64,000 nucleotides of DNA from positions 20,836,232 to 20,900,231 of the forward strand of contig CM119267.1 of NCBI GenBank assembly GCA_051294375.1. Reading direction: 5' to 3'. How positions within the stretch are numbered: the stretch's first letter is position 1; every line of letters begins with the position of its first letter. Under the pieces are notes generated by a model. It made no database searches, was not told where the DNA came from, and saw only the letters and a program-made list of their open reading frames with translations. Shown here one piece after another: positions 29,760-39,900 of this stretch. Made by a program: the position numbers and the translations under genes. This DNA is from Paraspadella gotoi (taxonomy: Eukaryota; Animalia; Chaetognatha).

Positions 29760-32017
29760 ATGGTGGGCGTTTCCACTATCGTTTGCCTCTTTGTGGCATC
29801 TACGTTTGTGATACCCTGCGAAGGATGTTGGAAGGTCCTCGGAAGGCGCGTTTTGCGTTACGCCGCCACGACGGACGCGTTGCAGGTGATTGCACGGTGA
29901 ACACTGTTTTACTTTGATCTAATGTAAAAAAAAAAAAAGCCGGCTAAAATACTGATTGCCAGAATCTTTGGCCAAAACTAGTGGACCGTCGAATTTATCT
30001 TCTGAACAAACATTTTATTTATCTATGCATTGTTCACATGCTAACGTTATATGATTAGAATTTTGTTTGAAGATGATAAATTGAAAACAATATTTTCAAA
30101 CCGCGTCGTACGTATTTTCTCTTCTCCAAAATACTAAACAGAAAGCCAACTCCACCGCGGAAAGATCCCAGACGTTGCAACTCGCCTTCGAGGAAGAGCT
30201 GAACGAAATCCCCCGCAGCCAAACGGACTATCGATCGAAGCTGCATCAGTTAATTGACGAGTTAAAAGGATTACAACCTGACACGGAAGGATCGATGAGC
30301 TTAGCGATCGAGCGCGATATGGAAGTCTGGCGAAGATCTCTGGCGCTAATAGTTCTCGAACAAGAACCCGCGACATTTCCACTCGACTACGCTAAAAAGG
30401 TCAATGCTATCGTCCGCTCCTTGACGTCCAATTCCACCGACGAGATTTACGAAGCGGTTTACGCCCTTTTCGCATCTCTCAACAAAGAATTTCAAAGGAG
30501 GATCGAGAGTCTGATTAAGAGAATGGATAGGAAAAGTTTACAAACTTATTTGCCGGAGGTTGGATCGCATCCAATCGTGTCGGTCATCAAAACGGTGAAG
30601 TTTGACTACAACCAAAGTCGGTATGAACCAATGTCTGTTCTCGCACTTGAATCCGATAACATAAACCTGAGCACGCTCCTAGTTTTTTCGTCGGATTTGC
30701 ACGAGCTCGTCATGCACGAGTTTATCATGCAAATAAAATATGGAAAGGGGACCAACGTGGAATCTCTAATAAACCAATTCTGTCAAAGAGTCGTCAACAA
30801 TAACCTCGGTTGTTCGTATTACGTTTGCCAAAAAGGCGCCTTCAAAGAGGCTTGGGATTATTATCAAGCGGCTCAACAAGTCATCTACGAATGGTTAAAA
30901 ATTTTGTTTACTATCAACTGTCAACAAAGAGCAGCGACGAAACCAGAAAAGGCGGATTGTTTGAGCGGAGATCGAGATGGAGAAATTGACGGAGAGAAGG
31001 ACGTGCGTTTGAAGATGCAGAAGAGGGCTTTCGACGAGGCGCTGCGGCGTAACGCCGAGGCTGCCGAAGCTTGCTTTTGTCCCGTGGCGGAATTTCAATC
31101 AGCGACGTCTAATGGGACTGCGATGGTCTGCGAGAAATGCCCCGACGAGACCTTCAACTTGGAAAGGGGCGCCGCGGCTTGCACAAAATGTCCGGTGGAT
31201 TTGGTAGTAAGTCACCCATCGTTTTATCAGTGCGTCAATTGGAAGCTGAAGAAGCTGACGACTCTCGAAGAGATGGAGAAGAAATTGGAAAAACTCGAGA
31301 AGATGGTTCAATTGCTGGAAGATGAGAGGACCAAAGGTATAAATATATTTTGTCGATTTATTCTATTATTATTTATTGTCTTATGACCGGTTTATCTCTT
31401 TTACCAACCAATCATTTACACAAGACTTTTTACGCCCTACTTTCTCAGACGCGACGGAATACATCCATAACGGCGAGTGGATAAAGATACAGCGTCGAGC
31501 CATGGGCAGATACTACACCGCCGGAAAATTCGGGAACGAAAATTCGAAATGGGCCGATTACGCGAGAGGCTTCGGTTCACCGGATTCCTACGAGTTTTGG
31601 ATGGGATTGGAGAAAATACACAACTACACCAAAACGGGAAAATGGGAAGTTATCTTCGTTTCCAAGTGGAGTTCTCAAGAAAGCAACGGATTCCGAGGCT
31701 ACTGGAGTTTCCAGGTTTACGAAAACTTTTCCGTTGCCGACGAGGATCACGATTACACTTTGAGTATCGGATATCTCAAGGAAAAGAGTCACGGCCCTTC
31801 GATGAATCCGGTCTCACGCTACGGGTTTAACAACCTCAAATTTAGCACTTCCGATCGCAACAGGGTGCCATGCACCGTCTACGGAGCTTGGTGGCACAGA
31901 AATGATTCTAAGCATTGCGGATACTTTTGCTTCAATTGCAGAGACTCGAATTTGTTCGACGGTACTTTCAACTACCACCCGGAAGAGTCGGAGATTCTGA
32001 TAAAAAAAGTTGATTAA
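29760..32017 (+). CDS. Secreted fibrinogen-related protein, paralog 1 (signal peptide - uncharacterised helical domain - Cys-rich GCC2/GCC3-like module - coiled coil - FBG); exons 29760-29885, 30142-31336, 31449-32017
   Basis: Exon 1 is MVGVSTIVCLFVASTFVIPCEGCWKVLGRRVLRYAATTDALQ|gt. It splices in frame to ORF 30175, which carries CFCP...CEKCPDETFN...CTKCP and a heptad-rich LEEMEKKLEKLEKMV. A phase-1 intron leads to the FBG domain: WIKIQRR, W.DY..GFG, EFWMGLEKIH, FSTSDR, GAWWH. Confidence 0.9.
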
Positions 32018-32799
32018 AAAAAAATATTCATATGTACTTTCAAAGAAAACGAAAGCAGAATTTATTTCATCCCTGGACTTGGGACACTTGGTAATTTGAG
32101 TGACACTTTGCTCAGTTAATCATTCAAAAGTTCACCCTCTAGTTTCTTGTTTTTTTCATTCTCGAGTTATCATTAAACTTTAAAGAAAGGCTTCGCTTCC
32201 AATATAAACAAAAGATAGGGACCGGCACAAAAATTTTATATTTTTTTTCTGGCTTGCATGAATCTTTGAATGGATTTAAACCTGATGTTACACAGTAAAA
32301 TAATTTTTGTTAACAAAATTATTAACTTATTTTTAGCCGGGACATCAGGGGAATCATTTTAAAGGTTTCAAAGATAGTGATGAAGGTTAAGCAAAGGCTT
32401 CAGCATCATATGGTACTTTAATGTTTTTCCGCGAAATTTGTTTTATTGATACTGTGGCACAAACAAATATATATTTTAAAAATACTACTAGATTAATGTA
32501 ATTTAAAATATTACTTTTTGCATAACAGTTAGATATATGTTTGTATATTTTATATTTCAAAGGGCATGACTTATCTTTCAATATCTTTTATACAGTAATT
32601 TTTTTAAAATGCTTTTTTTTTTTGAATTCTCTATGTTTTTTCGGCAGATAGAGAAATAAAAATTTCGGCAAACACTTCCGGTCCCTACAAAAGAAAGCAA
32701 AAATTTCGTTCTTTGGATTGTCCGAGATCATTATTTTAAATATAACAAATTATCGAAGACGCTGAACTCGATTATTTATTGTATTAAAAATAAGAAACA

Positions 32800-35700
32800 A
32801 TGTATAGTGTTTTTAGTGTAATTTGGGCTATAACGTTCGTTTTTGCTTCACCATGTGATGGATGCTGGCCCGTCATTGGTCAAAGTGTTATTCGTTACGC
32901 CGAGACGTTAACCTCATTGCAGGTTCGTGAAAAAAAGAGCAGGAAAATTTAAAATTTTACAATAAAACACCAGCTTTACCTGTTACATTTCTTTTAAAAA
33001 ATATTAACGATGATCAAATGAAATTATTAACTTGTAAATTATAGAAAAATAAACAAGTCATAAAACAATTAAATATAAAAATATAACAACTAGCATTTTA
33101 TAAATACAGAAATAAAATTAATTGTTCAAAAGAGGCTTTCAAATTTTCAGAAGGAGCCTTCGCCGTCCGGACGATCGCTGAAGCTGCAAGAAGCGCTGGA
33201 AGCCACGATCCGTGAGATTCCCAACAGTCGAGTCCTCACAAGATCAAAGATGGAAAACATTGTTTCCGCTTTGAAAGAAAACCGATCAGAAAATAACCAC
33301 ACTTTGGCATCGACGACGTTAGCCAATTCTTTGGCGGACACGAAAGAAACTCTTCTTCATTTTCTCCGAGGAAACCAATCTAGATTTTCCGTCGATCTTC
33401 GATCCAGCGTCGAAAAGATCCTCCAATTGTTGGCGTCTAACTCGTCCAACGAATCCGCCATTCGAGAAGCCGTTCACGATTCCTACGAATCCTACAACAG
33501 AGCGGAGCAAGAGAGAATCGATGCCCTGACACGCCGTCTGGGCACGGGCCGTCTGCAGCCTTACTTTTCCGAGACGATGAAGACGTTGGATCGAATCGCG
33601 GTCCTCATAAAAGCGGTCAAGTTCAATTTCAAGGCGAATCAATATGAGCCGGAATTCGTCTTGGCCGTTCGATCCAGGAGCGAAAATGTGAAAGAGATTA
33701 TGGACATGTTAGCGGATCTGCACCGGGTCGTTGTGTTGAAGCAAAGAAAATACGGAAACAAAACCTTTGTCGGATATTTGATGAACGAAGTTTGTCAAAA
33801 AGTTGCGAACAATCGACTGAGTTGTTCTTATTACGTTTGTCAAAACAGCGATATTAAAGAAATACTGAGTTATCTTAAACTCGCTCAGGAGGTCGCCTAT
33901 GAGTGGTTGAAAATCTTGACGACATTTTCCTGTCAACATAAAGAAAAAATTAAATCCGCAAAGATGCAGTGTCTGATGGGCGAGCGTGAAAGTGAGATAG
34001 ATGCCCAGAAAGCCCATAGGATGAAAATACAGTCGAGGGTGTTCAATGAAACGTTGAAAAACAACCAAGAAGCTTCTCAAGATTGCGTCTGCCCAATAGG
34101 TGAATTTCAAACCTTGACGTTGAACGGGACAGTCGTGGTTTGTGAAAAATGTCCATCCGATACTTTCAACGTGGAAAGAGGTGCTGGGTCTTGCACCAAA
34201 TGCCCAATGGAACTAGAAGTGAGTCACTCGTCGTTTCATCAGTGCCTCAACTCCAGATTGCAGAAGATGAAGGATCTGAAAGATTTGGAGAAGGATTTGG
34301 AAAATCAAAAGAAATTGTTGAATGAAATGGAGGAAGAGAAAAATAGAGGTAACCTATAGTAGGGCCAATCTATGTCAATGGGGTGGGTCAGAAATTTGAT
34401 TTGGAACCTTCCCAAATGAAACTTCTATGGTGGACTAAAATCCACCAACCGTTCATCAGCGGTCATTGGTGCCGGAGGCAAGTCATTCGCCTCCCAACCC
34501 AAAGGTCCGGGGTTCTAGCCCGGTGGTCGTCTGGCAGTAAAGAGGGACGGGGCGCTTAACCCGCCTGTAACATGGTGTTACAGCCTGATCCGAAGCTCAG
34601 GGACTGCTTATATTGAACGGTTCTGTCATTAACATATAACAATAATTACTGTCTCTTCATTGGTGAGCCCGACTTCCGAACACAACAGCAACAACAACAC
34701 TTTCAGGCGACATGCCTCAACCTGGCGATGCACTTTCCGCCACAACACATCAGGCAACATGCCTCAACTTGGTGACGAACTTTCCACCAACAACAACAAT
34801 TCACTGAAGAGACGCAACAGACTTCTCCCTACGGGAAGGGGGATGTATGGTGGACTAAAATCCACCAACCGTTCATCAGCGGTCATTGGTGTCGGAGGCA
34901 AGTCATTCCTCCCAACCCAAAGGTCCGGGGTTCTAGCCCGGTGGTCGTCTGGCAGTTAAGAGGGACGGGGCGCTTAACCCGCCTGTAACATGGTGTTACA
35001 GCCTGATCCGAAGCTCAGGGACTGCTTATATTGAAGGTTCTGTCATTAACATATAACAATAATTATTGTCTCTTCACTTCATACATTTCTGAGAAAACTT
35101 TCAATGGACCAAAATTTTCTAAAATGGCTAGAAGCACTAGTAATTAATTTTTATAATATTTATTTAAAAATAAGAAATGTCCAAAAATTTTGTTTGAATT
35201 TTGTATTTTTAAAAGCAGATTCAGATAGCTTATGAAAAGTTGTCTACACAAAGTATAATTTTTTTTTTCAATATTTTGATGATAAATGGGTTAAAATTAG
35301 AAAAAATCTTAAAAAATTATCATCATCATCATCTGATGCTGATTTTAACAGTTTTTGCTAATTTTCAGTAATAAAATGTTAAAATTTTAAAAAGTAAATA
35401 ATTTTTTTGCTTAACTTTTAGAGCTGTATTAGAATCAATTAAAAAACCTAAAAATATCAAAACATTTTTTTAACATTATATAGCAATATAATAATTTTAA
35501 TTAGCCAATTACTCATGGTTCGGAACATTTTTGTAAAAAAATATTTTTACAAAATAACTAATACCAATAATGGATTTGTTTTATGTTGTTCACATTAAAA
35601 TTTGAATTTGGTCGGCTACCGCTACCTATAGGAACTCTTGCAAAATTTATTGTTTTACATACTATAACAACTATAACTTTTATATATTTGTAAATTTTCA

Positions 35701-36648
35701 ATAAATGTCTTCTTAACAAGAATGATGTCTAATATCTAATTAGAAAACTAGGGCAGAAAGTAACTTTTAACTTTGTGTTGTATAGATTCTGCCTCTATTT
35801 CCAGAAGACAAATTACATTATAAAAGAATATACTTTATATAAAGAATATAATTAAATCTAATATATAATAAAATTTATTAAATTTTTAAATTTATTTTTA
35901 AATTTTAATATGAAATTTTAAAGTCTAATATAGTAAAACAAGTAATCTTGCAATTTTTCATAAAATATTTTTGACTCATCGATGTCTATTTATTAATATG
36001 TACACTTATCAATTTTTTCGTTTCATAATATATTCCTGTTACTTAATATGTAATCGACATTAAAAATACTTTTTGTTAGATCCCACGGAATACATACACA
36101 AAGACAGATGGATCAAGGTACAACGACGTGCAATGGGCAGTCACTACAACGCAGGAAAATTTGGGAATGCTGACTCCAAATGGGCCGATTACGTTACGGG
36201 ATTTGGGTCTCCTCACTCTTACGAATTTTGGCTTGGGCTGGAGAAGATACGTAACTACACGATGAGTGGAACGTGGGATCTTATGTTTGTCGCCAAATGG
36301 AATTCCAAGTCTAGTTCACGGTATCCGGGTGATTGGGGTTATTCAGTATATGAAAACTTTTATGTTGAAGATGAAGAAAATGATTTTAAATTACATCTTG
36401 GAAACAGAAAAGAAAATAGTAAAGGCCCGAATCAGGAACCTTTTTCATATTTTGGTTTTGCTAATAACAAATTCAGTACTTCTGACCGAAACTCTGGTCC
36501 TTGCTCGACTTATGGTGCTTGGTGGCATAGGACAGATTCTAGGAATTGCAAATACTTTTGTTTTAATTGTGCTAACCAAGTCTTTCACGATGGTAATAAT
36601 TGGTTCTACGCGGACGAAACTGAAATGCTGATGAGAAAAGTGGATTAA
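32800..36648 (+). CDS. Secreted fibrinogen-related protein, paralog 2; exons 32800-32922, 33151-34348, 36080-36648
   Basis: Exon 1 is MYSVFSVIWAITFVFASPCDGCWPVIGQSVIRYAETLTSLQ|gt. It has the same intron positions and phases as paralog 1 and is colinear with it (CQKVANNRLSCSYYVCQ, YEWLKIL, CEKCPSDTFN). FBG motifs: WIKVQRR, EFWLGLEKI, FSTSDRN, GAWWH. Confidence 0.9.
34426..35076 (+). mobile_element. Miniature LTR retrotransposon (TRIM-like): LTRs 34426-34659 and 34844-35076, PBS 34661-34673, PPT 34833-34843, TSD CTTC
   Basis: Two ~233-bp near-identical direct repeats ending CTCTTCA, the 3' copy starting TG. TGGTGAGCCCGAC follows the 5' LTR and GGGAAGGGGGA precedes the 3' LTR. CTTC flanks both ends (34422-34425, 35077-35080). 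There is no internal coding capacity. Confidence 0.85.
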
Positions 36649-36983
36649 AAGCTTGTTGACTCTTCCTTTACAGGGCTAAATGATTTGTATGTTATGCATT
36701 AACTGAAATTTATGTAGTACCATGAAAATTGTAATAATTGTAATTGTAATTGTAATAATAAGGTTCGTGCAAATTTGTTTGCCTTTTTTACGGTACTTTC
36801 ATCGTTATCGACATTAATCAAATTGAGCTAAAAATGAACCTCAGCGTAATTTTCCGTTAAAAAATTTGTTCACATTTTCATTTCGGGACTTTGCATGACT
36901 CAAAAGTAATTTTAATTTAAATAAAATTCATCAAATGTACATTGTACACACAAATTTTTTGATAATATCTTCCATCCTGTAAT

Positions 36984-39900
36984 TTAAGCTCTCCTCATCG
37001 ACATTTCGATCTCATCGGCTCCGTACAATCCTCCGCATCCGCTCACAAACATAATTTTTCCGACGCAATTTGCGCAAAACTCTCCGTCGGCGCTACTCGA
37101 CAATCCACTCCACCACCAGGGGCCTCTGATCGCGCGGTCGCCGTCTTTGGAATCGCTCGTGACGAATCTCGATCCGTTGCATCGCTGGAGAGGATCCACC
37201 TCTTCCACTCCTCCCCACGACCAAGCCTTTCTCTTCCCCAGCACCAGCGGGAACCCCAGCCGTTCTTTGCCAATTGAAAACCCTTCGTAGACGATCCATC
37301 CCCACTTGGACGGCAGGTCGGCGCGGCAACTTCGCTGCACCAATCTCGCGGCGATCATTAACTCCCACGAGCCGTTCCGCGTCAGACGGTGCATCCTGTG
37401 CAGCCCGAGCCAGAACTCGTGAGCTTGGGGAGATCCGAATCCCTCGACGAAGTCGTTCCACTTCGAGAAGGAGTTACCGAACTTCTCGTCGGTGTAGTCG
37501 CTGCCGAAGGCGCGGCGTTGGAGTTTGATCCAATCCGTTTTTCGGACTGTAGAGAAGTTTGAAACGTTGGGAAAAGAGACACGCATTTAATGATCTGTTA
37601 AATCATTTTCTCCGTACCAAAAATATAACTATTTATTAAAAAAAAAAATATCAGTTCCTCTAAAGATAATCTAATTAAAAACATCGTGTACTGAGTTGAA
37701 GAAAATAATGTGAACTTTGATATTTTTGTTACTTTAATCTGTATAAAGTGTGATTGGTCCTCCAGAAAGTTTGTTTTTTAAATGAAAAGAAAGAAGTTTC
37801 AATCTTGTTAAAAAAATAAACGAATAGACTTCTGTTTAAACTTCTCGTTCTCTCGCAAAGCGCTTTAAAATCCCATCAATCTTTAGACAAACTTCCTAAA
37901 CACTTGACGAAAAAAAAGTGATTATCCGATTAAATGCGATACCTCACCCTCCCTCCAACCCACCAGAACGTCCTTACCCAAATATCTCTCGCTTTCCATC
38001 ATATCCACCTTCTCTCTCAACCTCTCGTCCTCTTCCTTCAATCCCCACAGCTTCGAGTTGAGGCATTGGGCGTACGAGGCCGCTCCTTCCTCCAGCTCTG
38101 CCGGGCACGCCTCGCAGGGCCTCAAGCTCGCCTTCAGCTTGAAGGTGGCGGCGGGACATCGCCCGCACTGCATCGTTCCGTTGGGATAGTAGATCGGAGA
38201 CTGGGGTTTGGTAAAATGGTGGGTTGCGAGTTAAAAGATGGTTGTGGGTCGTGTTTTTGACGGATGGTCGTGGCGTTTTTTAGTTTTTGAGGAAATATTT
38301 ACTTTTCAGTTTTCATACATCATTAGATTAGAAATTTGACGTAAATTCACTGTAATTACTGTAATTAGACTAAAAAAGTTAAAATTAATAACCCGTCATT
38401 TACGTGGTTCAACTTCTAATCATTTTGTATTGAATAGAAAACAAAGTTTATTTGTTTAAAAAAACAACAGATTTTGATTCCAAAAACCCGTTGTTTGTAA
38501 ACAAATAAACTTCCCTGAAAACGCTAGGAAAAGAAAGTCTTAACAAAAATCATTTTGTAATCATTAATCATTAGTCGGAGGCAATTTAGTTTGTATGTTG
38601 GACGAAATTTACCAATTTACTCGAATAATCTTTTTCCCGCCATTCTTCCCCTTACCTCCCCCACTCCGCAACGACATTCCTCCCTCGCTTCCTCGTTCCT
38701 CTTTCTCGTCTCGTCGAACTCCTTCCTCCTCGCCTCCTTCCACTTTTCCTTCTGACTCCACATCTCCAACTCCCTCTCTCCCAACAAACATCGGACCCTC
38801 GACGAGACGTTGGAGGCTTCCTCCAGGCATTCCACGACGGAGCCGAGTTGACGCCACTCGTTGATGAGTTTGAGCGTGAGATCGATGTGCTTCTCCACGC
38901 GATCGAAGGTGTTGGTCGGGGGGACGTGGACTTTGTCGTCGTCGTCGTCGTCGTCTTCTTCCTCCTCCACCTCGTCGCCGCAGTGATTAAAGACGCATCC
39001 CCTCCCGACGTCTTCGGTTCGCGGACACAACTTGGTCAGCAAAAATCGAGGAAAAGTTTTGTCGCCGAATTTCGTTCGGTTTTCGACGATGTCAACGTTG
39101 AGGTCTTCCAATGCCGCTGCTGCCGCCTGCTCGGTCGGGAAAGAAAGTAGGGAGAGGCGAGTGGAGGGCGAAGGGCGAGGGGGTGAAAACGTTGTTTATC
39201 TATTAAATTAGGAGATTAGTAAATAGCGGAAAAAGCTAAATTACTACCCTGTGAAGAGACAGTAATTAGAACCTGCATTATGCAGACCCTGAGCTTCGGA
39301 TCAGGGTATAACACCGTGTTACAGGTGGGCCAGGCGGGTTAAGCGCCCCGTCCCTCTTAACTGCTAGGCGACCACCGGGCAAGAACTCCGCATATTGGGT
39401 GATGACCGGTTGGTGGATTTTAGTCCACAATTTTAGGGATAATTTTAATAAGCTTTATTAATGATTTAGAAATATTATTTCAAAAACTAAATCATTAATA
39501 AAGCTTATTAAAATTATCCTTAAAATTGTAAAATAAGATTTTTACAAAAAACTGTTCTTCAGTACTACAAGTATCGACGAAGTAACTCTTTTAGTAATCT
39601 GGAGACAGTCTTGCCAACTTTTGTGTCTTTTAAATCTCACTCTTTCAGTCGTTCTTATCCTCTTCTGACTATTTCCCATCCTCTTTTTCAATTTTCTGCC
39701 CCCATTACCTCACCCAACCCCACCCTTGCCCACCCACTAACCCACCTTCGCCTCCTCCTTCTCTCCCATCACCCTCTCCACGAACTTCCGCTCGAACGCC
39801 CCTTCAACGACGTCGAAATGATACAAGGAAAAAGACACCGACGCTCTATCGGCAAAAGCAGCGATTTCCGGCAAAAAGCGCCGGGCGTCGTTCAGCGCCT

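Noticed and set aside
34660-34959. 99-aa ORF in the intron of paralog 2
   Set aside because: It spans the TRIM interior and 3' LTR, starts at TTG, and has no gag or pol motif.
34353-35632. DNA-transposon-like host element around the TRIM with CCTATAG ends
   Set aside because: The inverted match is too short to support terminal inverted repeats.
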